Below are positions 9,167-18,577 of a stretch of 21,319 bases of DNA, piece after piece. Each line of letters starts with the position of its first letter. The first letter of the stretch is position 1. A program made the position numbers and the translations under genes. The notes beneath the pieces are model-generated. The model did no database searches. It was given only the letters and a program-made list of their open reading frames with translations, and was not told the DNA's origin. The stretch is from Methanobacteriota archaeon (lineage in GTDB: Archaea > Methanobacteriota > Methanobacteria > Methanobacteriales > Methanobacteriaceae): positions 1-21,319 of the forward strand of contig CAWBCJ010000003.1 in NCBI GenBank assembly GCA_963787255.1, written 5' to 3'.

Positions 9167-9451
9167 ATGTTAAACTTTGAAAATATAGTAAAATTTTCTG
9201 GTTGATGATGAACCAAAAGGTTGTGGATATGGATGCCAGTAACACCAGAGCATGAAAAAGAATTTGAAAAAGCAGTAGAAGAGGATAAAAAGAAACGAAG
9301 CAAATGCAGTATTTTTAATATAATAGATACAAAAAGAAGCGGTGAAAGCGATAAGTGAAGTTTGTGAGAGTATATTACAACAAATAAAGATGTTTATATT
9401 TGTCCAGATTGCCTTGGAAACCTAAGAAATAAATGTTTTTTTTTATGTTAA
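9167..9451 (+). pseudogene. Frameshifted/degenerate paralog of the Cys-rich zinc-ribbon protein
   Basis: Fragments VDDEPKGCGYGC..VTPEHEKEFEKAVEEDKKKRSKCSIF..KAISEVCE..TTNKDVYICPDC. DNA at ~9350-9412 closely matches 9061-9126. Boundaries are approximate. Confidence 0.6.
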
Positions 9452-9572
9452 AAGATATTAGATGGAACTAAAAAGTTAAATAAAGATGAATTGGTGTCAA
9501 TCTTAATTATTTTTTTTTATTGTTTTTAAAATATTTTTTTTTTATTACAATTAATTCGAAAAAATGGGATTT

Positions 9573-9761
9573 AGTATTAAATTTTTAATACTTTTAATTA
9601 TAAAAAACAAGTTCCAGTAATACCAAAGGAAACCTTTATATGATATAAATTCAGACCCATATAGTGAGGTTAAAGGGTTATAGAGTATTTTTATAGGATT
9701 ATTACGTTTTACCCTTAGAATTAGGGTTTTGTAATACTATATAATGAGTAATACTGACCCT
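9573..9761 (+). promoter_or_regulatory. Promoter and candidate metal-regulator (NikR-like) sites upstream of nikM/cbiM
   Basis: Perfect palindrome AGTATTAAA-TT-TTTAATACT (9573-9592). BRE/TATA GGAAACCTTTATATG (TATA 9635-9642). GTAATAC at 9617, 9731 and 9748. Two AGGGT...ACCCT-bounded units (9673-9716, 9723-9761). Confidence 0.45.
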
Positions 9762-9788
9762 TATACAAAATTAAGGAGGATTTAAAAG

Positions 9789-10433
9789 ATGCATATACCT
9801 GATGGTTTAATTCCATTTCCACAATACCTAATATATGGTATTATATCTTTAATTGCAATATTCTTTGCTCTTAAATGGGCAAGAAGTAATCTTGATGAAA
9901 GAGCAATTCCATTATTAGCTGTTTTATCTGCCGGTATTTTCGCTATACAAGCCATGAATATTCCCATTCCCTTTGGAACAAGCGGACACATGGTGGGTGC
10001 GGCATTAGTAGCTATTGTATTGGGCAGTCCATGGGCAGCAGTCCTGGTCTTATCAATAGTATTAGTACTCCAAGGATTGTTATTCGGTGACGGCGGAATG
10101 ACCGCTTTAGGCGTGAACATATTCAACATGGGAGTTGTAGGAGGATTTGCAGGATTCTACACATACAAATCACTTAAAAATGTTAATGGAAAGTTCGCAG
10201 TGTTTACTGCAGGATGGATGTCAATATTTATAGCTTCAATTGTCGCCGCATTTGAACTTGCAATATCCGGAGCTTTCCCACTGGATTTAGGCCTTTTATA
10301 CATGGGAGGATTCCATGCAATAATCGGACTAGTTGAAGGTGCAATAACATTAGTTGTAGTTTTAGCAATACAAAATGTGAGACCTGACTTATTCTCACTG
10401 GAAGACAAAAAAAGCGAGGTGCCAGCAAAATGA
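9789..10433 (+). CDS. cbiM: Ni/Co ECF transporter substrate-binding component (CbiM/NikM)
   Basis: N-terminal MHIPDG metal-binding motif, [25 protein letters not shown] and [15 protein letters not shown] is more typical of NikM than of CbiM (MHIMEG). Confidence 0.93.
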   Translation: MHIPDGLIPFPQYLIYGIISLIAIFFALKWARSNLDERAIPLLAVLSAGIFAIQAMNIPIPFGTSGHMVGAALVAIVLGSPWAAVLVLSIVLVLQGLLFGDGGMTALGVNIFNMGVVGGFAGFYTYKSLKNVNGKFAVFTAGWMSIFIASIVAAFELAISGAFPLDLGLLYMGGFHAIIGLVEGAITLVVVLAIQNVRPDLFSLEDKKSEVPAK

Positions 10434-10729
10434 GCCCTAAAAACAAAAAATTTCTACTAGGTGGAATAACAATTGCTTTAATAATAGCCATTCTTGCACC
10501 CTTTTTAGCTTCTTCAAATCCTGATGGTTTAGATAGTACAGCTCAAAAGGTTATGGAGAATCCGGAAACAGAACCTGCATTTGAGTCACCATTTTCAGAT
10601 TACACCATCCCTGCATTGGGTGAAGAAAATCCATTAGGCGGTGTGGTAGCTTTAGTTCTTGGGACTTTATTGGTTCTTGGAATTGCATATGGCCTGGGAA
10701 TAGGGTTAAAAAAAGAAAAAGTAGAGTAA
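10430..10729 (+). CDS. PDGLE-domain ECF accessory protein (NikN-like)
   Basis: TM - ASSNPDGLD - PFSDYTIP - TM. ATGA overlap with the upstream gene. Confidence 0.9.
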   Translation: MSPKNKKFLLGGITIALIIAILAPFLASSNPDGLDSTAQKVMENPETEPAFESPFSDYTIPALGEENPLGGVVALVLGTLLVLGIAYGLGIGLKKEKVE

Positions 10730-10753
10730 TTCTACTTTTCTATTTATTTTTTT
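10717..10753 (+). terminator. Hairpin + T-tract terminator
   Basis: AAAAGTAGA-GTAAT-TCTACTTTT followed by a T-rich run. Confidence 0.5.
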
Positions 10754-10885
10754 ACAATTTAATTTTCAATTCGCCCTAATTTCTTAGGAAGTGTTTGACA
10801 CGTAATATCGACTATTTTTTTTTAGCCACATGGTCGCCATATTTTTGGGAGAGTGATTAATATTGAGATCATATTGAAGTGATAT

Positions 10886-11116
10886 TTACCTCTTTTCACA
10901 TTTAAAACATAAATTTGTGTCTCTGTTTGTTTTAAATACTTTTCCACATTTTTGGCAGGTGACTTGCTGGATACTAGATTCTTTTTTTATAAAATTCTTA
11001 AACATTCTAACGGAACAATTATAATTATTGGCTTGGATTCCTGCTTTTGCTTTCCGGTCTAAAGCTTCTTCCTCATATTTCCTTCTAAGAGCTTTTTTTT
11101 GATCATCACTTGGCAT
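10886..11116 (-). CDS. Small Cys4 zinc-ribbon-like protein, paralog of 8959-9141
   Basis: CQKCGKVFKTNRDTNLCFKC plus an upstream single Cys. GGAG RBS. Confidence 0.8.
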   Translation of the reverse strand: MPSDDQKKALRRKYEEEALDRKAKAGIQANNYNCSVRMFKNFIKKESSIQQVTCQKCGKVFKTNRDTNLCFKCEKR

Positions 11117-11163
11117 TTATATCTCCAATTTATAGAAAGAATATACATTATTTAGTATTAAAT

Positions 11164-11793
11164 TTATTTAACTCCTCTGATCACTACAAATGAACCTTCT
11201 CCGTATCCTTTCTTTACAGGTTCAATATCTTTTAATTTCACTGATGACTGGAATAATGTCTGTCTAAAACTAAAATCTCTGAAATGGGCCTTTTCCATAT
11301 ATGAGACAACTTCTTTAACTGAATAAAATATTGCATCTTTGTAAAATGTGCTCTCATTTCTTTGTTTTTTATAGAATTTCCCCAGTAAACTATTGGCATC
11401 TATAAAACCGATTATTAGATAGCCTCCAGATTTAAGCACCCTATTTGCCTCTTCTAACGATTTTTCAACATCATTGAGGAAACATATTGTTGTAACCATT
11501 AAAACAAAATCAAATTGGGAATCAGGAAAAGGAAGGGATTCAGCAACTCCTTCAATGAATTCTATACCTCTTTTTTGGGCTATTTTTCCCATATTTTTGG
11601 AGGGGTCAATCCCTAATTTAATTCCAAGCGGAGCTGCAAAGCGCCCACTTCCAACACCAATTTCAATACCGTTTCTACTTTTAGGTAATAGTTCTTTAAC
11701 GGCTTGAAGCTCTGATTTATAAGAAGACTTGTTTTTATCAAACCATTGGTCATATTTTTCTGCATATTTTTCAAAAGGCTCAAATTTCACCAT
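11164..11793 (-). CDS. Class I SAM-dependent methyltransferase (Methyltransf_11)
   Basis: YDQWF, IEIGVGSGRF, GIDPS, AESLPFPDSQFD, TICFL and EANRVLKSGG. Confidence 0.92.
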   Translation of the reverse strand: MVKFEPFEKYAEKYDQWFDKNKSSYKSELQAVKELLPKSRNGIEIGVGSGRFAAPLGIKLGIDPSKNMGKIAQKRGIEFIEGVAESLPFPDSQFDFVLMVTTICFLNDVEKSLEEANRVLKSGGYLIIGFIDANSLLGKFYKKQRNESTFYKDAIFYSVKEVVSYMEKAHFRDFSFRQTLFQSSVKLKDIEPVKKGYGEGSFVVIRGVK

Positions 11794-11933
11794 TATTTCT
11801 TTCTTCTGTTCTTTAAACCATTTAATGCCATACTGTTATTCTATTTTTTTTTATTAAATTGTAATTATTTCTTTGGGTAGTGCTTAAAAAAAATTAATAA
11901 TACTTAAATTATATATTTTAATGGTGAATTATT

Positions 11934-12515
11934 ATGAAAAAGACAATTGAAAATTTGGCAAAAGCTTTTATTGGTGAAAGCCAGGCAAGAAACAGGTACA
12001 CAATGTATGCAAAAGTTGCAAAAAAAGAAGGATATGAACAAGTTTCTGAAATCTTCTTGAATAATGCAGAAAACGAAAGAGAACATGCAAAATGGTCAAT
12101 GAAAATGATCAACGGATTAAAAAAAGCAGGTGAGGTTCCAGACGAAATTATAGTTAAAGCAGACGCTCCAACAACCTTTGGAACTACAGTTGAAAACCTT
12201 AAAGCCTCTATTGCAGGTGAACATTATGAATATACTGAAATGTATCCCCAATTTGCAGATGTAGCTGAAGAAGAAGGGCTAAAAGACATTGCTAAGAGAT
12301 TAAGGGCAATTGGTAAAGTAGAAGAGCATCACGAAGAACGATTCAAGAGAATTTTAGACCAAATAGAATCTGGTACAGTCTGGAAAAAAGATAAAGAAGT
12401 TGAATGGGTTTGCAGAAAATGTGGTTATGTGCATCGTGGAATGGAACCTATTGAAGAATGTCCTTCCTGTGATCACCCTAAAAAATACTTCCAGATCAAA
12501 TGCGAAGAATATTAA
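11934..12515 (+). CDS. rbr: Rubrerythrin
   Basis: AFIGESQARNRY, ENEREHAK, GEHYE, EEHHEERF, and the rubredoxin-like domain WVCRKCGY..CPSCDHPK. Confidence 0.97.
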   Translation: MKKTIENLAKAFIGESQARNRYTMYAKVAKKEGYEQVSEIFLNNAENEREHAKWSMKMINGLKKAGEVPDEIIVKADAPTTFGTTVENLKASIAGEHYEYTEMYPQFADVAEEEGLKDIAKRLRAIGKVEEHHEERFKRILDQIESGTVWKKDKEVEWVCRKCGYVHRGMEPIEECPSCDHPKKYFQIKCEEY

Positions 12516-12566
12516 AAAATAATCTTTTTTTTTATTATTTAAAGTAATATTTACAGTGTTTGGAGC

Positions 12567-12620
12567 TACGAAATCTATGATTTCGTACGGCCCCACGACT
12601 TCAGTCGCGGGAGTATATCA
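12567..12620 (+). mobile_element. IS200/IS605-like end (hairpin + ..GAGTATATCA) with adjacent GAAATC hairpin; non-autonomous remnant
   Basis: CCCACGACT-TC-AGTCGCGGG (12592-12611) followed by AGTATATCA resembles IS605-family right ends. TACGAAATC-TAT-GATTTCGTA lies at 12567-12587. No transposase in the window. Confidence 0.6.
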
Positions 12621-12997
12621 GAAGCTTCTATTGAACATTTTTTTGAAGGTGAAGAATCTTTAAATTTATCTTCAGGAATGAAATCAGTTATATTCTTTCC
12701 AATCATCTTTTCTAGAGGAATTTTAGACATTGAGGCTAGTTGACTGTTACAATAAAAAATAGAGTAATCAGGGGCCAATATAGCTACTCCTTGGTTCATC
12801 CCTTCGATTAAAACCCGGTAAATATAGTCTGCACCCTTAAATGTAAAAGTCTGAGCTCCTTCAGGAGTATTGACCAGTAGTGCATCTACTTCACTACTTC
12901 GGATAGCATCAAGAGTTTCTTCAGATTCGAGAAGTCTTATTTTAAGCTCATCTACTTCTGCAAGAAGTTCTTCTCTTGTCTTTTCCTTTTTTGTCAT
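12575..12997 (-). pseudogene. Truncated PAS-domain sensor (N-terminal part of a PAS histidine kinase)
   Basis: KTREELLAEV coiled coil, ESEETLDAIRSSEVDALLV, YRVLIEGMNQG..YCNSQLASM..IGKNITDFI. The PAS domain stops midway and the last residues run through the IS-like hairpin. Confidence 0.75.
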
Positions 12998-13372
12998 TTA
13001 AACTCCCTAAGATTAGTGGATTATTTTTTGTAATATTTGGTATCTCATTCTTTAGGTGCGATTCTAGGAGGATCCTATCCCTTATTTAAAGCACTGCTAT
13101 CTGGTTTGTTTGTATCTGGTTTATATCATCCTTTATCTCTATATTTTCAATGATTAAAATTCAAAGAATGCTAAATATTTATCTGAATTAATTGCATTTA
13201 AATAAGTTGTGATTTAATTATAAAAGAAAAATGAAAACTTTTAAATATTATTTTATAGTAATTTTTATAATAATTTTGGTTCAAAAAATAATAGTTCTAA
13301 ATTCTACTTATAAAATCCAGTTTTTAAAATAGGAATTTAATTTAATATCATAGTAAAATGGGGGTTTTAAAT

Positions 13373-13651
13373 ATGAGTAAATGGTTAAATAACGAAAACC
13401 CGATTTGGGAAAATGCAGTAAAGCCCTGTTTGCTTTTAATGTTTTGTCCATACGGTAAATTAACTGAAGAATTCCCAATAAGCGAGAATAAGAAAACCTG
13501 CGAAATCTTGGGACATGACTGCCCTGTATTTTACCAAGCCTCACATATAGTTGAAGGCGACGGTGAAAAAAGAGTGAATCAGGAAGAATTTGATACATTC
13601 TTCAAGGAAATAGCAACAAAATCTATAGGAGATAAGGAACGAATTTCCTAA
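13373..13651 (+). CDS. Hypothetical protein with four-Cys motif (KPC..CPYG..C..GHDCPVF)
   Basis: Open frame with a conserved-looking Cys pattern. GGGGT RBS favours ATG 13373 over 13358. Confidence 0.72.
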   Translation: MSKWLNNENPIWENAVKPCLLLMFCPYGKLTEEFPISENKKTCEILGHDCPVFYQASHIVEGDGEKRVNQEEFDTFFKEIATKSIGDKERIS

Positions 13652-13864
13652 AATACGAAGCCTATTTTGCTAAAGATATAATGGATAAAAAAAAAGATGC
13701 ATGAACATTGAAATATTATTTTTTTTCCAGTTTATTTTGGGAAATGAATAATATAAGTGCATGAGCAATATAAAAGAATAATATGATGGTTTAACCCATG
13801 CACCCCTTAAATTCATGCAATTAAATATTCATGTGTTCCTACAAAAATTTCTAGGTATTATTAT

Positions 13865-14329
13865 TTATGCTGTACCGCCTGTACATTCACCATTTTGAGC
13901 ATCCACAAATATTTCACCAACTGTTATACCATCCTGGATTACAGGAACAAAATATGTAGGTATATTAGCCATCATACCTAATACTGGTGTCCCAACAGAA
14001 AAAGAAGCGTCCCCTAAATGATTAGAAGCTACAACTTTAGCCTCTGAGGCGGATACCTTCACATTGGATGTATTCTTAGTAGATGTTTTCTTAGCTGTTG
14101 TTGAAACTGATTTAGGTGTTGCTGGTTTAGCTGTTTTTGAAACTGATTTAGGTGGTGTTGATGCTGTTAAATTATTTACTGGAATAGAATTTTGAATAGG
14201 TTGGCTTTGATTAACAACCGATGCTGCAGGAGTCTGAACGTTTTTATTCATCAAATTAGCAGCAGAATAACTAATACCCACTCCTATAACTGCAATTAAT
14301 GTAAATACTACAATAACTTTTTTATTCAT
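13865..14329 (-). CDS. Secreted/membrane-anchored protein with low-complexity linker and C-terminal PepSY-like domain
   Basis: N-terminal signal/TM, Thr/Ser/Lys linker, VSASEAKVVA..GTPVL..YFVPV..VGEIFVDAQNGE. GAGGGG RBS. Confidence 0.8.
   Translation of the reverse strand: MNKKVIVVFTLIAVIGVGISYSAANLMNKNVQTPAASVVNQSQPIQNSIPVNNLTASTPPKSVSKTAKPATPKSVSTTAKKTSTKNTSNVKVSASEAKVVASNHLGDASFSVGTPVLGMMANIPTYFVPVIQDGITVGEIFVDAQNGECTGGTA
14091..14162. repeat. 36-bp tandem repeat x2 in linker
   Basis: TTAGCTGTT(G/T)TTGAAACTGATTTAGGTG.. occurs twice, encoding PKSVS(K/T)TAK. Confidence 0.85.
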
Positions 14330-14523
14330 TATATGGCCCCCTCTCTGGTCATTTAAATGTTATTTAAAGCTAAGAAACAAAATTAAATTATTTTAGATAA
14401 AATGTATTCATCTTTTATATAATAACAATTATTTATAATTTTTTATTATAAAAAACAGAAAACTTTAAATATTACTTTTCAACTCTTGCATAATTCAAAA
14501 AGAAACAAACTAATAGTCAGAAA

Positions 14524-16157
14524 TCACTCATTCATTATGGGAATTGTAAAATAAAAAGTAGAACCCACACCATAATCGGATTCAACCCAAATACGGCCGC
14601 CATGACGTTCCACAATCCTTTTAACTATAGCTAATCCTATTCCGGTTCCTTTATATACCTCTCGTGTATGCAGGCGCTGGAATATTACAAAAATACGCTC
14701 AGCATACTGTGGTTCCATACCAATACCATTATCACTAACACTAAAAACATATTCTCCTTTTACGTCATCTTTTCCGGCTGAAATATGAATTCTTAGAGGC
14801 GTATCATCCTTTTTAAACTTAATAGCATTCCCAATCAAGTTTTGGAATACTTGATTTAATTGCGATTTATCAGCGGTTACAGTTGGAAGTTCATCATGTG
14901 TAATTTCTGCATTATTTTCTTCAATTGAAGACTTAAGATTAGATAAAACACTTTTAAGAACTTCTTCTGTATCCACTTCCTGTAATTCTTCTTCTTGTGT
15001 TGCAACCCTGGAATATTGTAACAAATCGTTAATTAGTTGTTGCATTCTTTTTGTTGCATCTACAATGTAATCCATGAATTCATCAGCATCACTATCTAAT
15101 TGACCTTTATAACGCCTCTCCAGTAGCTGCGTAAAACTAGCAATCGTTCTAAGTGGTTCTTGTAGGTCGTGACTGGAAACATAGGCAAATTGTTGTAATT
15201 CCGGTTGGAACGTTTTAGATCTTCTAGAAGTTTTTTTGTTTGTTCTTCTGCCTGTTTACGCTCTGTAATGTCCCGGGAAACTGTAAGGTAAGCTTCTTGT
15301 CCTTGGTAGTTAATAGTATGACCATAAATTTCTACTGGTATCTTTTTACCTTCTTTAGTTACATGAACTATTTCAAAATTCATAAATCCCTTTTTATCTA
15401 TTTCTACAGCATTTTTAGGCATTTCAACCCTTTTATCAGGAGATATTATATCCGCAGGACCCATATTTAACAATTCTTCTTTAGTGTAACCTAATCTTTT
15501 TAATCCAACTTCATTTATTTCTATGTACTTTCCTGGCAAGCCATCTTCACTTATTTCACTTAAACTAATCATATCAGTTGATTTATCGAATAATAAACGG
15601 AATTTATCTTCACTTCCATATAACTCCTCTTCAGCTTTTTTAAGTTCAGTTATATCTGTTATTGTTATACGATATTTTTCATCACGCTTGTCAGGTATGG
15701 GCATGATTTCCATTTTAACATAAAATGGTGATTTCTTCCCTTTTAACTGTAGTTCAACTTCTTCAATTTCACGCTTAATCACTGCATCATTAAGAGAACT
15801 ATAATATTTAGTGTGGTAATCTTGAGGTATGAATCGAATGAAACCAAAGCCGATAATCCTGTCTTTTTCTAAGCCCAGTAATTCAGCACCTTTAATATTC
15901 ACATTTCTTACATTTCCATTAGTATCCAACGAAAAATAGCCTACAGGTGCATCATTATACAATTCATGATAATGCTCGTAAAGGTTTGATAATTCAATTT
16001 GAGACTTTATTAGTTCATCATTTTGCATTTCCAACTCAATTTGATGAACCTGAAGCTCATGCACCAATTCATCCACACCTTCAGGAATATCGCCATTTAC
16101 TTTGGCCTTCTGCAGTACTTTTTCCGCAAGTTCACGCAATGAATCAGATTTCTTCAT
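14524..16157 (-). CDS. PAS-PAS sensor histidine kinase (Cph1-type HisKA/HATPase), frameshift near 15200
   Basis: HELQVHQIELEMQNDEL and two PAS/PAC domains ending DITE. After the indel: ELQQFAYVSSHDLQEPLR (H-box), QNLIGNAIKF, DNGIG and GTGIGL. Confidence 0.93.
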
Positions 16158-16324
16158 TATTTGCCCCTAAAATCCAGTTATGGATTAACTTAAAAAAACA
16201 ATATACTGAGTATTCATACATAATACTTAAAGTCACACATACTTAATTTTAACTATTAATTTTATTTTTTATTTTTTTCAGGGTCATTAATTGATTATTA
16301 AGTATTTTTACTTTTTAGACGCTC

Positions 16325-16480
16325 TTACACTAAACCCATTAAAAGTGGATTAGATTACAGGTGTTAAAAATGAACCAATACACAGGATACGTAAATGTAA
16401 AAAATGTATCGATATTATGTTGATAAGAAGATGCAGAATAGAACACTGAAAAAATACATTAATATTCCTTGAATGATTAA
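16325..16480 (-). pseudogene. Degenerate small membrane-protein gene, paralog of 17292-17537
   Basis: Shares GCTCT.ACACTAAACCCA and GAAGATGCAGAATAGAACAC with 17288-17423. Minus-strand fragments VFYSASS, LTPVI and LMGLV*. Confidence 0.45.
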
Positions 16481-16553
16481 TAGGTGAAATTAGAAGATTA
16501 GATATTTTCTTATTCTGATTTTAATATGTCTTTAAATTTAATATTGTGACATA

Positions 16554-17167
16554 TTATAAGCCAAAGAATTTTAAGAAATTATTTCCAAGGTTTTTAAGCT
16601 CATTTAATACCGGACTTAAAGTATATCCAGAACCTGAATCATTATGCTGTACAGAAGAATCGGGACTACCGGATGCGTTTCCAGTATGTGAATTGTTGGA
16701 TGGTGTGGTTCTTTGATTCAGAACCAGTTTGATTAGAACCAGTTCTTTGACTAGAATCAGTTCTTTGATTAGAACCAGTTGTTTGATTGGAATCAGTTTG
16801 ATTAGAACCAGTTTCTTCAACTATTATTCTACCTGAAGCACCAGAGTATCTATCACGATATGGATAATTGCCGGGATTATCAAAGGTATAGCTGTAACTA
16901 TTTAGTGGTCCTAATATCTCCACTGCTGGGGAACTTACCATCAGTACTGGTAACAGTAAATACCACGCCACTAAAAATGTTACGATCAAAGTTTTCCCAT
17001 GATACAGTGGTGCCAGGTTTAACAGTTGTAGAAGACGGGCTAAAAGAACCTCCCGCATCAAGTTTATCAAACACTACCACGGTTCCTGAGTTTAAAAAGG
17101 CGCATCCGGAAATTGAAGCTACAGCTAAAATAGTTAGGGGTATTATTAGTAATTTATAATCTTTCAA
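16554..17167 (-). CDS. Lipoprotein with cupredoxin (plastocyanin-like) fold lacking copper ligands and a TGSNQ-repeat tail; two frameshifts
   Basis: Joining ORFs 16898-17167, 16666-17070 and 16554-16820 gives lipobox ISGC, FSPSSTTVKPGTTVSWEN..TVTS..SGDI..SYSYTFDNPGNYPYRD..SGRIIVE. GGTGA RBS before the TTG start. Confidence 0.78.
16713..16813. repeat. 15-18 bp coding tandem repeat (about 6 units)
   Basis: Repeated TTTGATTAGAACCAGT variants encoding T(G/D)S(N/S)Q. Confidence 0.85.
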
Positions 17168-17291
17168 TTATCTATCACCGGTTTAGTGTTATATGATCTT
17201 TCTATGATTTAAATTTAATACTTATTTGAAATAAAATATTAATTAAAATTATAGTCAACTATTATTAAGCCAAATTACTTTCCAAATGCTC

Positions 17292-17537
17292 TCACACTAA
17301 ACCCAATACAAAACATACAACTACTGGTGATAAAATTGGATGTAGCAGATGACGATTGTAAGAAAATGCAAGAAAGTAACCATGTTAATGGATAAGCAGA
17401 TGCGAAGATGCAGAATAGAACACGATAAATATGTTTATAATGTTAGACGAAAACACTTCTTTGAAGGCATTATTCAATTCCCGCTTGCTGTCGTTGTCTA
17501 AAAGTTCTATATCATTTTTTTTATCTGTTGTATCCAT
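17292..17537 (-). pseudogene. Small membrane protein gene, frameshifted
   Basis: ATG 17537: MDTTDKKNDIELLDNDSKRELNNAFKEVFSSNIINIFIVFYSASS..., then in shifted frames ..HPILSPVVVCFVLGLV*. Confidence 0.5.
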
Positions 17538-17685
17538 AAGAACTCACATTGCTTTGTTAATGCAGGAGGTGGCCAAAACTTTTATAAGCGATGAAATAAA
17601 ATGAACTAATTTACAAAAGTGAAGGTGATAGAAAATGGATTTAAATGAGATTAAAATATTTATTTATAATTTGCTTGATATTCGC

Positions 17686-17765
17686 AAAAAAAGGTAGTTT
17701 TGTATTTTCATTATACCAAAAATAGGTTAGGGGGGAACAGGCTTTCTGCCTTTTATGCGTTGCAT
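17686..17765 (-). ncRNA. Candidate sRNA with C-rich motif (resembles 20264-20391)
   Basis: Minus strand: small hairpin AGGC-AGAAA-GCCT, CCCCCCT, CTATTTTTGGTATAAT..AAAACTACC, then a T7 tract. Confidence 0.3.
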
Positions 17766-18064
17766 TAAATATTGTTAGAATGAGAATAAGCTTTTTTTGA
17801 ATAGTCCTTTTAGATATTGATATTATACATCTTTTTTTTGGGTTTAATTTTGGTTTGATTGTTAGTATATATTTGTTGAATTTTTAATCTATGGATCCTT
17901 TTATTGTTGTTTGTTTTTTTCTGTGTGGATGTATTCTACGATGGTGGTCATAACCTTAAGGCTTCAGTATTAGTAAGTAATATTAATTATGAAAATCATA
18001 ATAATAGTACTGTTTGGTTGAAAATTAAGATGATTTGAATTGTGTAGAAAAACAGGTGGTAGTA

Positions 18065-18295
18065 ATGAAAATAAGTGATGAATTGAAAGGAAAAGAAGTT
18101 ATAGATGTAAATGGGGATAAAGTTGGAGAAGTAAGCGATGTGGACTGGAATCCACAAATGAATATGGTTGAATCTATCCTTGTACTTGAAGGAGCAGCAG
18201 CTAAAATTGGAGTGGGAGAAAAAAAGGTCATAGCATTCGAGGATATAGACACTATAGGAGAAAAAGTTCTTTTGAAACGATCCATGCCCAAATAA
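18065..18295 (+). CDS. PRC-barrel domain protein
   Basis: MKISDELKGKEVIDVNGDKVGEVSDV..IAFEDIDTIGEKVLLK. GGTGG RBS supports ATG 18065. Confidence 0.92.
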   Translation: MKISDELKGKEVIDVNGDKVGEVSDVDWNPQMNMVESILVLEGAAAKIGVGEKKVIAFEDIDTIGEKVLLKRSMPK

Positions 18296-18370
18296 TACAT
18301 ATAAAAAAAATACTTAAATTACCTTTATATTTCTTTTTTGGAATGATTAAGGGGAAGGTAGTATATAAAA

Positions 18371-18460
18371 ATGGATGATAGAGGACGATATTCAATATAT
18401 ATATATTCTAGTGGTTATAGTAGTCATCTTAGTAATATTGAGACTATTAGGTATCTTTGA
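18371..18460 (+). CDS. Possible single-TM microprotein (frameshift in an AT-dinucleotide run)
   Basis: AGGT RBS and ATG 18371. After a slip in ATATATATATAT the frame reads YILVVIVVILVILRLLGIF. Confidence 0.4.
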   Translation: MDDRGRYSIYIYSSGYSSHLSNIETIRYL

Positions 18461-18577
18461 AACTATAAAACGGCTATGTAAAAACTACTAGTTATTTGTT
18501 CATGCATGAAAATCCTTAAATTTCTTTTTTAGGAGACATTAAAAATTGGTATGAAATTATAATTTGGAGGTGAAAAA

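Noticed and set aside
11793-11831. 12-codon upstream ORF (MALNGLKNRRKK, minus strand) overlapping the methyltransferase start
   Set aside because: It is too short to distinguish from chance and has no RBS or recognisable motif.
16713-16813. CRISPR array
   Set aside because: The units are 15-18 bp, adjacent with no unique spacers, and encode a peptide repeat.
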